A stretch of 64,000 nt of DNA from an uncultured Acidobacteriota bacterium (GTDB taxonomy: Bacteria; Acidobacteriota; Thermoanaerobaculia; UBA5066; Gp7-AA6), in contig CAVXTP010000010.1 of the NCBI GenBank assembly GCA_963764715.1, positions 32,001 through 96,000 on the forward strand, read 5' to 3'. The translations under genes and the position numbers were made by a program. Positions 1-9,454 of the stretch are shown piece by piece. Within the stretch, counting starts at the first letter, position 1, and each line of letters starts with the position of its first letter. The notes beneath the pieces are model-generated. The model ran no database searches. It was given only the letters and a program-made list of their open reading frames with translations, and was not told where the DNA came from.

Positions 1-3
1 CGG

Positions 4-2214
4 TTGAGGCTGCTTCGGGAGGCGCGGTCGGTGGCGGCGCTCAACCATCCCAACGTGTGCACGATTCACGAGGTGGGCGAGGCCGACGGCCAGGCGTACA
101 TCGCCATGGAGCTGGTCGAGGGTAAGCCGCTGGACCTGTTGATCCCGGCCGAGGGTCTGCCGGCCGAGCGGGTGCTCGACTACGGCCTGCAGATCGCGGA
201 GGCGGTGGCGCACGCGCACGAGCGGGGGATCGTGCATCGCGATCTCAAGCCCTCGAACGCGCTGGTGACGCCGCAGGGTCGGGTGAAAGTCCTGGACTTC
301 GGGCTGGCCAAACAGGTGGTCGGGCAGGATGTCGGGGAGGCGAGCACGGCGTCGCACGGGACGCTGACGCAGCCGGGCGCGGTGGTGGGGACGCTGCCGT
401 ACATGGCGCCCGAGCAGTTGCGGGGAGAGACGGCCGACGCGCGAAGCGACGTCTGGTCTCTGGGCGTGGTGCTGTACGAGATGGCGGCGGGAGCGAGGCC
501 GTTTCGGGGACAGACGGGGTTCGAGGTGAGCTCGGCGATCCTGAAGGAGTCGCCGGCGCCGCTGCCCGGGGAGCTTGGCGTCGTCGTCACGCGCTGTCTG
601 GAGAAGGAGCCGGGCAAGCGCTTCCAGCGTGCAGGGGAGGTGCAGGCGGCGCTGAAGGTCGTCGAGAGCGGCGCGGCGATGGCGCCCCGGCCGGTCTCGC
701 GCAGGAGGCTCCCGGGTGGCCGGCTGGTGGCGGCCGGCGGGGCGTTGCTTGCAGTCCTCGCTCTCCTGGTCGGGCTCGACGTGGCCGGCTTGCGGCGGCG
801 GATGGCGGGAGGGCTCAGAGCCCCGGCCGGGCCGATCAAGCTGGCGGTGTTGCCGTTTGCGAACCCTTCCGGCGACCCGCAGCAGGAGTACTTCAGCGAC
901 GGGCTGACCGAGGAGATGATCACGCAACTCGGGCGTCTGCACCCGGAGCGGCTCGGCGTCATCGCCCGGACCTCGGCCATGCGCTACAAGAAGAGTGACA
1001 AGCCGGTCGACCAGATCGGCCGGGAGCTCGGCGTGGACTACGTCCTGGAGGGCAGCGCGCGGCGGGAGGCCGGCCGGGTGCGGATCACGGCCGAGCTCAT
1101 CCAGGTGCGGGACCAGACACAACTCTGGGCCGAGAGCTACGAGCGCGACCTGGCCGGGATCCTGGCCCTCCAGAGCGAGGTGGCGAAAAAAGTGGCCGGC
1201 GCCCTGGCGCTGAAGCTGCTGCCGGCCGAGCAGACTCGTCTGGCGAATGCCCGCACCGTCGACGCCGAAGCCTACGACGCGTACCTCCAGGGCCTCCACC
1301 ACTGGTACAAGCTGACGCCGGGCGAGCTCGAGACCGCACTGCGGTACTTCGACCTGGCGCTGGTGAAGGATCCGAGTTACGCGCTTCCGTACGCGGGGAT
1401 TGCGTTGGTCTGGGCCGGTCGACAGCAGATGGGGTACACGCCTCCCGGCGAGGCCACGCCGAAGGCGAGGGCGGCGGCGCTGAAGGCGGTGGAGCTAGAT
1501 GACACGGTTGCAGAAACCCATTACGCACTGGCGGTTGTCAGAACGTGGAGCGAGTGGGACTGGGCCGGTGCGGAGATGGAGTTCAAGCGCGCCATCGAGC
1601 GGAACCCCAGCTTTCCAGACGCGCGCGCTTACTACTCGCATCTCTTGATGAACCTGCGGCGTCCGGATGAAGCGATGCTGCAAATGAAACGCGCCCTCGA
1701 GCTGGATCCGTTCAAAGCCCTCTTTCGCACCTTGTACGGAGTCGACCTCATGTACGTGCGTCGGTACGATGATGCCGTCGCGCAGGCACGCGCCGCGCTG
1801 CGAACGGCACCAGACGATGCCATCGCCAACGCCTTGCTCTGGTGGGCATTCAGCGTGAAGGGGATGCACAAAGAGGCTCTGACGGCAGCCAGGGCGTACA
1901 TGAAGCTTGTGTATGACGACCCTGGTGTCGAGGAAGCCATCGAACGGGGTTACACGGAGGCGGGTTACCGGGGAGCCATGAGGCGCGCGGCCGAGGCCCT
2001 GGTGGCGCACTTTCACAAGACCTACGCGAGCCCTTTCGACATCGCAAGCCTGTATGTGGAAGCCGGGGAAAAAGCGCGGGCGGTCGAATGGCTCGAGAAA
2101 TGCCTCGAGGTGCGCGATCCCAACATGCCCTACATTGGATGGCCGATGTTCGACAGCCTGCGCTCGGAGCCGCGTTACCACGACCTGTTGCGCCGGATGA
2201 AGCTTCCGGGATGA
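4..2214 (+). CDS. Ser/Thr protein kinase with TM helix, TolB-like domain and TPR repeats (5' truncated by window)
   Basis: HRDLKPSN, DFG and YMAPE kinase motifs; hydrophobic segment; 'LAVLPFAN..QEYFSDGLTEE' domain; TPR-like C-terminus. Confidence 0.9.
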   Translation: MRLLREARSVAALNHPNVCTIHEVGEADGQAYIAMELVEGKPLDLLIPAEGLPAERVLDYGLQIAEAVAHAHERGIVHRDLKPSNALVTPQGRVKVLDFGLAKQVVGQDVGEASTASHGTLTQPGAVVGTLPYMAPEQLRGETADARSDVWSLGVVLYEMAAGARPFRGQTGFEVSSAILKESPAPLPGELGVVVTRCLEKEPGKRFQRAGEVQAALKVVESGAAMAPRPVSRRRLPGGRLVAAGGALLAVLALLVGLDVAGLRRRMAGGLRAPAGPIKLAVLPFANPSGDPQQEYFSDGLTEEMITQLGRLHPERLGVIARTSAMRYKKSDKPVDQIGRELGVDYVLEGSARREAGRVRITAELIQVRDQTQLWAESYERDLAGILALQSEVAKKVAGALALKLLPAEQTRLANARTVDAEAYDAYLQGLHHWYKLTPGELETALRYFDLALVKDPSYALPYAGIALVWAGRQQMGYTPPGEATPKARAAALKAVELDDTVAETHYALAVVRTWSEWDWAGAEMEFKRAIERNPSFPDARAYYSHLLMNLRRPDEAMLQMKRALELDPFKALFRTLYGVDLMYVRRYDDAVAQARAALRTAPDDAIANALLWWAFSVKGMHKEALTAARAYMKLVYDDPGVEEAIERGYTEAGYRGAMRRAAEALVAHFHKTYASPFDIASLYVEAGEKARAVEWLEKCLEVRDPNMPYIGWPMFDSLRSEPRYHDLLRRMKLPG

Positions 2215-2257
2215 ACGGGCCTCCGAGCGGCCCGACCGTCGTTGTTAGAATGCCGTC

Positions 2258-3433
2258 GTGACCGGTGGCCGGACCTCGGAAATGCTGGATCGCGCGCTCG
2301 CGGGCGAGCGCCTCTCTCCCGTGGACGCCGTGGCGCTGCTCGAGGAGGGCAACCTTCTCGCGCTCGGGGCGGCAGCCAACGAGATCCGCAACCGCCAGAA
2401 CGACCCCTCGATCGCGACCTACATCGTCGACCGGAACATCAACTACACCAACGTCTGCGTCTACCGGTGTCAGTTCTGCGCGTTCTACCGGCCGTCGGCC
2501 GAGCACCCCGAGGCCTACGTGCTCTCGCACGAGCAGATCGGCGAGAAGATCCAGGAGACGCTCGACCTCGGCGGGACGGGCGTCCTGCTCCAGGGCGGCG
2601 TCCACGCGGACCTTCCGTTCTCGTTCTACGAGGACATGTTCCGCTACATCCGGTCGACCTTCCCGACGATCCACCTCCACGCGCTCTCGGCGCCCGAGGT
2701 CTACTTCCTGCAGAAGATCACGAAGTGGCCGATGCGGGACGTCATCGCGAGGCTGAAGGACGCCGGGCTCCAGTCGATCCCGGGAGGTGGCGCCGAGATC
2801 CTCGAGGACTCGGTCCGGAAGCGCATCTGGTCGCTCACCAAGGCCCCGACGGAGAAGTGGGTCGACGTCCACGAGACGGCCCACGGCCTCGGCATGCGGA
2901 CGACGGCCACGATGATGTTCGGAGTGGGGGAGACCTACGCTCAGCGCGTCGAGCACATGCAGGTCGTGCGCGACCTTCAGGACCGGACGGGAGGCTTCAC
3001 GGCGTGGATCCCGTGGACGTTCCAGAAGGAGAACACGGAGCTCGATGGAAAGGTGGACGAGGCCGGCGGCTTCGAGTATCTGAAGACGCTTGCTGTCTCG
3101 CGCCTCTTCCTCGACAACGTCCGGCACGTCCAGGGCTCCTGGGTCACGCAGGGCCCGAAGATCGGCCAGGTCTCTCTGTCGTTCGGCGGCGACGACCTCG
3201 GCTCGATCATGATCGAAGAGAACGTCGTCTACGCCGCCGGCGCCCGGAACCGGATGACCCAGGACGAGATGCGCCGGATCATCTCGGACGCCGGCTACAC
3301 GCCCGTCCAGCGCCGCACCCTCTACGACGCCTGCAAAGACCCCTGCTGCACCGCCCCCATCCCGCAGCCGAAACCGCGCGCGGGTCTACCCGTCCACGGC
3401 TCCGACCTCGACTCTTCTCTCGCCTCGGCCTGA
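2258..3433 (+). CDS. mqnC: Cyclic dehypoxanthine futalosine synthase (radical SAM, futalosine menaquinone pathway)
   Basis: DRNINYTNVCVYRCQFCAF; SIPGGGAEIL; QGSWVTQG; DDLGSIMIEENVV. Confidence 0.88.
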   Translation: MTGGRTSEMLDRALAGERLSPVDAVALLEEGNLLALGAAANEIRNRQNDPSIATYIVDRNINYTNVCVYRCQFCAFYRPSAEHPEAYVLSHEQIGEKIQETLDLGGTGVLLQGGVHADLPFSFYEDMFRYIRSTFPTIHLHALSAPEVYFLQKITKWPMRDVIARLKDAGLQSIPGGGAEILEDSVRKRIWSLTKAPTEKWVDVHETAHGLGMRTTATMMFGVGETYAQRVEHMQVVRDLQDRTGGFTAWIPWTFQKENTELDGKVDEAGGFEYLKTLAVSRLFLDNVRHVQGSWVTQGPKIGQVSLSFGGDDLGSIMIEENVVYAAGARNRMTQDEMRRIISDAGYTPVQRRTLYDACKDPCCTAPIPQPKPRAGLPVHGSDLDSSLASA

Positions 3434-3445
3434 CGGACATCCCGA

Positions 3446-3470
3446 GGGCGGCCACAAGGGCCGCCCCTAC
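3446..3470 (-). repeat. GTAG-type REP palindrome
   Basis: Minus strand GTAGGGGCGGCCCTTGTGGCCGCCC; near-identical copies at 6521, 17383, 20787 and 46109. Confidence 0.85.
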
Positions 3471-3496
3471 ATCCCGGAGCGCCGTCCCTGCATCAT

Positions 3497-3606
3497 CCGC
3501 CGCGGGAGCGGGAGCGTGGCGAGGGGTCAGGCTCGCGGTCGAGCCCACAGGCGAGCCGCGAGCCGGTGCGCCGAAGGCGCAGACCCTGAGGTAGCTCCCG
3601 CGACGG
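3497..3606. repeat. Structured ~110-bp repeat (multi-stem), second copy at ~46226-46337
   Basis: GGGTC..GACCC closing stem around two hairpins; homologous to 46252-46315. Confidence 0.75.
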
Positions 3607-3607
3607 T

Positions 3608-4891
3608 CTAGTAGTACGGCTCGAACGCCCAGAACACCGTTTCCGACAGGCGCTTGGTCAGGCCGCGGTGCTTCCACTCCGCGTAGGTGATCTGGTCGCA
3701 GCGGGCGCGATCCTTCTGGAACATCGCCTCCACCTTCCGGGCGAAGTCCTTGTCGTAGAAGGCGAGGCTTTCCTCGGCGTTCTTGCTCATCGAGCGAGCG
3801 CTGAAGTTGATCGAGCCGATCGTGGAGTAGATCCCGTCGACGACCATCGTCTTGTTGTGCAGCATCGTCGGCTCGTACTCCCAGATGTGCACGCCCGCCT
3901 CGAGCAGCTCGCCGTAGTGGCTCCAGGACGCCTGGCGCACCATCGGCAGGTCGATGTTCCGGCCCGGAACCATGATCTGGACGTCGACGCCCCGTTTCGC
4001 GGCGTCGACGAGGGCCTGGCGCACCTGCGTGTCCGGCAGGAAGTAGGCGTTCTGGATGTAGATGCTGCGGGTCGCGCTCTCGATCGCGACGTAATAGAGC
4101 ATCTTCGACAGGGACGTCGCGTCGCCGAGGGACGCCTTGACCGCCTGGGCGAGCGTCGAGCCGGCGGGCTCGATGGCGGGGTAGTAGGTCGGGCCGGTGA
4201 GGATCTCGCCGGTCGTGAAGGTCCAGTCCTCGCTGAAGATCGCCTGCATCTGCGCGACGACCGGGCCTTCGACGCGGACCTGCGTGTCGCGCCACTCATT
4301 CGTGTTCCGGGCGTCCCCGAGCCAGCGTTCGTCGATGCCGAGACCGCCCGTGTACGCGATGCGGCCGTCGACCACCAGGATCTTGCGGTGCGTGCGCCGT
4401 CCGATCTTGTGGATCGAGAGGGGGTGCACCGGGCGGTACTTGCGCGCCACGACGCCCGCGTCGTCGAACTCCTTCTTGAGCTCCTTGAACTTGCTCCCCC
4501 AGGCGTCCACGAGGAGGCGCACCTCGACGCCGTTGTGCGCCGCCGCGATGAGCGCGTCCGCGATCAACCGGCCGGCCCGGTCGGGCTGGAAGATGTAGGT
4601 CTCGAGATTGACGGTCTTCTTCGCCTGGCGGATGTCCCGGACCATGGCCGGGAAGATTTCGTCCCCGTTCTCGAGCAGCGTGGCGGAGTTGCCCCCGACC
4701 ATCGGGCTGCCGAGGGCCTCGGCGGAGCGCCGGAAGGCGGGGTCGGTGACCTTGAGGCCGCGGTCGAGCTCGTAGTCCTGCCGCTTCTCGCGGCCCGTGA
4801 TCACCGTCGTGATCGAGCAGGCCGAGCTGCCGGAGAGGGCCAGGATCAGGGCGAGCGCGCGGACGAGCCGCCCGTGCAGGGGTCTTCGCAT
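3608..4891 (-). CDS. cls: Cardiolipin synthase-type phospholipase D
   Basis: Two HKD motifs (THRKILVVDG, LHNKTMVVDG); WRDTQVRVEGP; QNAYFLP. Confidence 0.88.
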   Translation of the reverse strand: MRRPLHGRLVRALALILALSGSSACSITTVITGREKRQDYELDRGLKVTDPAFRRSAEALGSPMVGGNSATLLENGDEIFPAMVRDIRQAKKTVNLETYIFQPDRAGRLIADALIAAAHNGVEVRLLVDAWGSKFKELKKEFDDAGVVARKYRPVHPLSIHKIGRRTHRKILVVDGRIAYTGGLGIDERWLGDARNTNEWRDTQVRVEGPVVAQMQAIFSEDWTFTTGEILTGPTYYPAIEPAGSTLAQAVKASLGDATSLSKMLYYVAIESATRSIYIQNAYFLPDTQVRQALVDAAKRGVDVQIMVPGRNIDLPMVRQASWSHYGELLEAGVHIWEYEPTMLHNKTMVVDGIYSTIGSINFSARSMSKNAEESLAFYDKDFARKVEAMFQKDRARCDQITYAEWKHRGLTKRLSETVFWAFEPYY

Positions 4892-4930
4892 CGAAGACCT
4901 CTCAGTTCAAGAAGCGTGCCCGAAGCCGGG

Positions 4931-5977
4931 TCAGGGTCGGGAGGAGGCCGACGGTGCCGTCCGGTGGAGGCCGCCCTGGCGGTCGCGCTCCCAGCAGGAG
5001 CCGGCCCAGAGTCCGAGGATGAAGAGCACCACGCCGCCGATCGCGCGGAGCATCACGCGGGTCCGGCGGTGCTTCCAGGGTGGCTCCGTGCGGAACTGAA
5101 CCCGCTCGGCGGCCTTGGAGATCCGTTCGGCCTGCCAGGCCCGCAGGTCGAGGAGAAGGTCCCGGGCGGACTGGTAGCGGTCGGCCGGGTCCTTCTCCAG
5201 CGCCCGGAAGACGAACGACCGCAGCGCGTCGGGGATCTTCTCGGTCTCCGCGTGGCTCGTGGGGTCGTCCCGCAGCACGGCTCCCAGGGTCTCGACCGGA
5301 GTCTCGCGGACGAAGGCCCGCCGGCCCGTGAGCATCTCGTAGAAGGTCGCGCCGAGCGAAAAGATGTCGGTGCGCGCGTCGATGGGCTTGCCGCGGACCT
5401 GCTCCGGGGACATGTAGCCGGCCGTGCCGACGAGGAACTGGGAGCTCGTGTGGGTGCTTCGCGGCCCCGCGATGCCCGGCGTGCGCGCCGGCTGCTCGAT
5501 GCGCGCGATGCCGAAGTCGAGGATCTTGGCCCGGCCCTCGTTGGTCAGGAAGATGTTGTCCGGCTTGATGTCGCGGTGGATGATCCCCCGCAGGTGCGCC
5601 GCCGCGAGCCCGTCGGCGACCTGCGCCGCGATGTCGACCGCCTTCTCCGGGGCGATCGGGCCGCTCCGGAGGCGCTCCGCGAGGGACTCGCCCTGGAGGA
5701 GCTCGGTGACGGCCCACGGGATCGCGCGGAACGAGCCCGTGTCGTGGATCGCCATGATGTTGGGGTGGTTGAGCGCCGCGACGGCCCGCGTTTCCCGGTC
5801 GAAGCGGGCGAGGCTGTCGGCGTCGTGCGCGGCCGCGTCGGGCAGCATCTTCAGCGCGACCTCGCGGCTGAGGCGGTTGTCCCGGGCCCGGTAGACCTCC
5901 CCCATCCCGCCCCGCGCCAGCGGCGCCAGGATCTCGTAGGGCCCGATCTGTTCTCCGGTCTCCAGGGACATTGGCAT
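4931..5977 (-). CDS. Small membrane-anchored Ser/Thr protein kinase
   Basis: GGMGEVY, VALK, HRDIKPDN, DFG, YMSPEQ; one C-terminal TM helix. Confidence 0.92.
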   Translation of the reverse strand: MPMSLETGEQIGPYEILAPLARGGMGEVYRARDNRLSREVALKMLPDAAAHDADSLARFDRETRAVAALNHPNIMAIHDTGSFRAIPWAVTELLQGESLAERLRSGPIAPEKAVDIAAQVADGLAAAHLRGIIHRDIKPDNIFLTNEGRAKILDFGIARIEQPARTPGIAGPRSTHTSSQFLVGTAGYMSPEQVRGKPIDARTDIFSLGATFYEMLTGRRAFVRETPVETLGAVLRDDPTSHAETEKIPDALRSFVFRALEKDPADRYQSARDLLLDLRAWQAERISKAAERVQFRTEPPWKHRRTRVMLRAIGGVVLFILGLWAGSCWERDRQGGLHRTAPSASSRP

Positions 5978-6012
5978 AAGGATATCCGGGTCTCGGCTAC
6001 ACTGGCGGAGGA

Positions 6013-6507
6013 ATGGAGATCTGGCTCCTGCGGCACGCCTCCGCGGAGGACCACGCCGACTCCGGGAAGGACGCCGACCGGACCCTGACGGAGGACGGCC
6101 ACAAGCGCGCGCGCGAGGTCGCCCGCGGGCTCGCCGAGCTCGAGCCGGGCATCGAAATGGTCCTGACCTCGCCCTACGTGCGGGCCCGCCAGACCGCGGA
6201 GCCGGCGGCGCGCGCGCTGCACCTCCAGGACAGGCTCCGCGAGACGCAGGCGCTCGAGCCTTCGAGCGAGCCGGAGGAGATCCTCGAGGAGGTCCGGGCG
6301 GAGAAGGTCGAGGCGATTCTGCTCGTGGGCCACGAGCCCCACCTCGGAGCCCTCCTCGGGCGTCTCGTGGCGGGCCGGCCGGGCCTCGAGATCCCCATGC
6401 GCAAGGCTGCCGTCGCCCGCGTGAGCTGGTCGGGCTCGGGGGCCGGGACGCTGCGCGCGCTCCTGCCCTCGAAGGTCCTCGCCCGGATCGGCGCGGGGAA
6501 GAGCTGA
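6013..6507 (+). CDS. sixA: Phosphohistidine phosphatase SixA
   Basis: LLRHA..D..R.LT; SPYVRARQTA; LVGHEP; GGAGGA RBS. Confidence 0.88.
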   Translation: MEIWLLRHASAEDHADSGKDADRTLTEDGHKRAREVARGLAELEPGIEMVLTSPYVRARQTAEPAARALHLQDRLRETQALEPSSEPEEILEEVRAEKVEAILLVGHEPHLGALLGRLVAGRPGLEIPMRKAAVARVSWSGSGAGTLRALLPSKVLARIGAGKS

Positions 6508-6520
6508 GGCCGACGAAAGA

Positions 6521-6545
6521 GTAGGGGCGGCCCTGGCGGCCGCCC
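6521..6545 (+). repeat. GTAG-type REP palindrome
   Basis: GTAGGGGCGGCCCTGGCGGCCGCCC. Confidence 0.85.
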
Positions 6546-6657
6546 GTCCCAGCGCGGACACGACGGGGGCCGGGAGAGCGCCCTCGCGGCCGCCCGTATC
6601 CGGTATCATCCGCATCCGTTTCGTCGTCGCCGGAATGTCGCTCGAAGGAGGAACCGC

Positions 6658-7299
6658 ATGGGCAAGCTCGGGCTCGGGTGTCTCGCGATCCTCGTCATCC
6701 TCGTCGTCATCCTCGGCATTTCGTTCGCCGGGACCTACAACAAGCTCGTGACCAAGGGCCAGGACGTCGACCGCTCCTGGTCGGAAGTCGAGAACCAGTA
6801 CCAGCGGCGCGCCGACCTCATCCCGAACCTCGTCTCGACCGTCCAGGGCGCGGCGAACTTCGAGAAGGAAACCCTGACGGCGGTGACCGAAGCGCGGGCC
6901 TCGGTCGGCCGCGCGACCATCACGCCGGGCAAGGCGCCGGCCGACGCCGAGACGCTCGCCCGCTTCCAGCAGGCGCAGGACCAGCTCGGCTCCGCGCTCC
7001 AGCGGCTCCTCGTCGTGTCGGAGCGCTATCCGGAGCTCAAGGCCAACCAGAACTTCCGCGACCTCCAGGCGCAGCTCGAGGGCACCGAGAACCGGATCAC
7101 GGTCGCCCGCCAGCGGTTCAACGAGTCGGCCCAGGACTACAACACCGTCCTGAAGAAGTTCCCGACCAACCTGATCGCCGGCTTCCTCGGGTTCAAGGAG
7201 AAGCCGTACTTCAAGGCGATCACGCCGGGGGCGGAGCAGGCGCCCAAGGTGCAGTTCGACTTCAACAAGCCGGCGCCGACCGCGGTGCCGGCGCAGTAG
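6658..7299 (+). CDS. lemA: LemA family protein
   Basis: QYQRRADLIPNLV; ERYPELKANQNFRDLQAQLEGTENRI. Confidence 0.95.
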   Translation: MGKLGLGCLAILVILVVILGISFAGTYNKLVTKGQDVDRSWSEVENQYQRRADLIPNLVSTVQGAANFEKETLTAVTEARASVGRATITPGKAPADAETLARFQQAQDQLGSALQRLLVVSERYPELKANQNFRDLQAQLEGTENRITVARQRFNESAQDYNTVLKKFPTNLIAGFLGFKEKPYFKAITPGAEQAPKVQFDFNKPAPTAVPAQ

Positions 7300-7306
7300 G
7301 GAATCC

Positions 7307-7341
7307 GTAAGCCGTAAGCCGTAAGCAGTAAGCAGTAAGCC
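7307..7341 (+). repeat. Heptamer tandem repeat (GTAAGCM)x5
   Basis: gtaagcc gtaagcc gtaagca gtaagca gtaagcc. Confidence 0.9.
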
Positions 7342-7342
7342 G

Positions 7343-8149
7343 GTGACAGTCTCAGGCCGGGGGGCGCGGCGGGCAATTGCTCTGGCGGCGCTGGCCGTTC
7401 TCGTCGCCGGGATCGCGCTCGCCGACCGCTACGACGAGCAGATCCCGGAGAAGCCGCAGCGGTACGTCACCGACCGTGCCGGGGTCTTCGGCCCCGGCGA
7501 GGCCGAGGCCCTGAACGCGAAGCTCGAGCAGTTCGAGCGCGACACCTCCAACCAGCTGCTCGTGTGGGTCGACCGGAAGCTCCCCGAGGGCTTCACGCTC
7601 GAGGACTTCACCGTCCGGGCCGGGCAGAAGTGGGGCGCGGGGCAGAAGAAAGAAGACAACGGCGCCATCCTCTTCGTCTTCACGGAGGACCGGAAGGTCC
7701 GCATCGAGGTCGGCTACGGGCTCGAAGGCGCGATCCCCGATGCGATCGCGAAGCGGATCATCGAGGAAGAGATCGTGCCCCGCTTCCGCGAGGGCAACTA
7801 CCCGCGGGGGATCGAAGCGGGCGCGGAGGGGATGATGGCGGCGGCCAGGGGCGAATATCGCGGGACCGGCCGCACCGTGGACGAGGGGCGCCGGGGCCGC
7901 CAGGGCCAGCTCTCGGGCTGCGCGGTCGCGGCGATCTTCTTCGGCGTTTTCATCCTGCTCCCGATCCTCAACCGGACCCGGCGCGGTTTCCGCACGCACG
8001 GCGGCCGGGGCTGGTGGACGGGCGGCGGAGGCTGGGGCGGGGGCTGGGGAGGCGGAGGCTTCGGCGGGGGAGGCTTCGGCGGGGGCGGAGGCGGCTTCTC
8101 GGGCGGAGGCGGCTCCTTCGGCGGCGGCGGCGCCTCGGGGAACTGGTAG
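7343..8149 (+). CDS. TPM domain protein (YgcG-like) with Gly-rich tail
   Basis: RIEVGYGLEGAIPD; TM helix; GGGSFGGGGASGNW C-terminus. Confidence 0.92.
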   Translation: MTVSGRGARRAIALAALAVLVAGIALADRYDEQIPEKPQRYVTDRAGVFGPGEAEALNAKLEQFERDTSNQLLVWVDRKLPEGFTLEDFTVRAGQKWGAGQKKEDNGAILFVFTEDRKVRIEVGYGLEGAIPDAIAKRIIEEEIVPRFREGNYPRGIEAGAEGMMAAARGEYRGTGRTVDEGRRGRQGQLSGCAVAAIFFGVFILLPILNRTRRGFRTHGGRGWWTGGGGWGGGWGGGGFGGGGFGGGGGGFSGGGGSFGGGGASGNW

Positions 8150-8155
8150 GTCGGC

Positions 8156-8584
8156 ATGGCGCGCCATTTTTCGGATTTCGACTCGGACCGCATCGTGCAG
8201 GCGATCGCCTCGGCCGAGGGACGGACCTCCGCCGAGATCCGCGTCCACGTGACCCGCCGCGTGCCGAAGGACCTCGAGGAGCGCGCCCTGCGGCGCTTCC
8301 ATCTGCTGGGCATGACGAAGACCGCCGAGCGAAACGGCGTGCTGATCTACATCGCTCCGCGCGCGCGGAAGTTCCGCGTGCTCGGAGACGTCGCGATCCA
8401 CGAGAAGGCCGGCCAGGACTTCTGGACTGGGGTCGCCGGCGCGCTCGAAGAGCGATTCCGCAAGGGCGAGTTCACCGAAGGGGTCCTCGACGCCATCGGG
8501 CGCGTGGCGGAGAAGCTGGCGAGGCACTTTCCCCGCCGCCCGGACGACCGCGACGAGTTGCCGAACACGCTCGACGTAGACTGA
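8156..8584 (+). CDS. Short TPM domain protein
   Basis: AEGRTSAEIRVH; TAERNGVLIY; DELPN; standard partner of lemA-TPM. Confidence 0.9.
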   Translation: MARHFSDFDSDRIVQAIASAEGRTSAEIRVHVTRRVPKDLEERALRRFHLLGMTKTAERNGVLIYIAPRARKFRVLGDVAIHEKAGQDFWTGVAGALEERFRKGEFTEGVLDAIGRVAEKLARHFPRRPDDRDELPNTLDVD

Positions 8585-8617
8585 GATTTCTCGCTAAGTC
8601 GTTGATCCTGTGAGGGG

Positions 8618-8645
8618 TTGACATTGGCCGGGAAACCTTTATGAT
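8618..8645 (+). promoter_or_regulatory. sigma70-type promoter for rplU-rpmA
   Basis: TTGACA-16 nt-TATGAT; IHF-like site (one mismatch) upstream at 8595-8607. Confidence 0.65.
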
Positions 8646-8655
8646 TCGCCGCTCT

Positions 8656-8982
8656 ATGTACGCCATCGTCCGCACCGGCGGGAAACAGCTGAAGGTCGCC
8701 GCCGGCGACGTCGTCCGGATCGAAAAGCCGGCCGCCGACAAGATCTCCAAGGGGGAGAAGCTCGTGCTTTCCGGGACGAGCGTCATTCTCGTTTCGGGTG
8801 ACGAAGGCGTCCGGACCGGCGCCGCCGCCCTCAAGGGCGTGACCGTGCAGGCCAAGGTCCTCGGGACCGTGCGCACCCGCAAAGTCCTGGTCTTCAAGAA
8901 GAAGCGGACCAAGCAGTACCGCCGCACGAAGGGTCATCGCCAGACGATGCTCGAAGTGCGGATCGAAGCGATCGAAGGCTGA
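8656..8982 (+). CDS. rplU: 50S ribosomal protein L21
   Basis: MYAIVRTGGKQLKV; YRRTKGHRQ. Confidence 0.96.
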   Translation: MYAIVRTGGKQLKVAAGDVVRIEKPAADKISKGEKLVLSGTSVILVSGDEGVRTGAAALKGVTVQAKVLGTVRTRKVLVFKKKRTKQYRRTKGHRQTMLEVRIEAIEG

Positions 8983-8996
8983 GCAGGTAACTTCAC

Positions 8997-9254
8997 ATGG
9001 CACACAAAAAAGGACAGGGCTCTTCCCGCAACGGCCGCGACTCCAACTCCCAGCGCCTGGGAGTGAAGGCGTTCGGCGGCCAGAACGTTCCCGGCGGGAC
9101 CATCCTCGTGCGCCAGCGCGGGACCAAGTTCTTCCCGGGCGTCAACGTCGGCCGCGGCAAGGACGACACCCTCTTCGCCAAGATCTCGGGCATCGTGCGG
9201 TTCCACGACAAGGGCCGCCTCGGCCGCCGCATCTCGATCGAGCCGGCCGCGTAG
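8997..9254 (+). CDS. rpmA: 50S ribosomal protein L27
   Basis: [16 protein letters not shown]. Confidence 0.98.
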   Translation: MAHKKGQGSSRNGRDSNSQRLGVKAFGGQNVPGGTILVRQRGTKFFPGVNVGRGKDDTLFAKISGIVRFHDKGRLGRRISIEPAA

Positions 9255-9267
9255 CAGTCCGCAAGTC

Positions 9268-9418
9268 CTGCGGGCTTCGAGTCGCATACGAAAAGCGACA
9301 ACCCGCAAGCAGCTTGCGCGCTTCGACGGGGGTCAGGTCTTCGATTTTCGGAGTTCTGGTTCTTGCGCGGCGTTATGGTGAGATCGTTGGAACTCCGAAA
9401 ATTCGAACACCTGACCCC
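9268..9418. repeat. ~150-bp palindromic element (GGGGTCAGGT-arm REPIN/MITE-like)
   Basis: Inverted arms 9329-9418; 9268-9367 matches the reverse complement of 34396-34500 and 34521-34624. Confidence 0.85.
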
Positions 9419-9454
9419 GGGCTCGGCCCAACCGGCTGATTCCAGACACCGCTG

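Noticed and set aside
3328-3352. Cys-rich MqnC tail (CKDPCC) as an extra metal site
   Set aside because: Single short motif; no conservation evidence available from this window.
8020-8149. GGC-rich repeat
   Set aside because: Normal Gly-rich tail of TPM-domain proteins.
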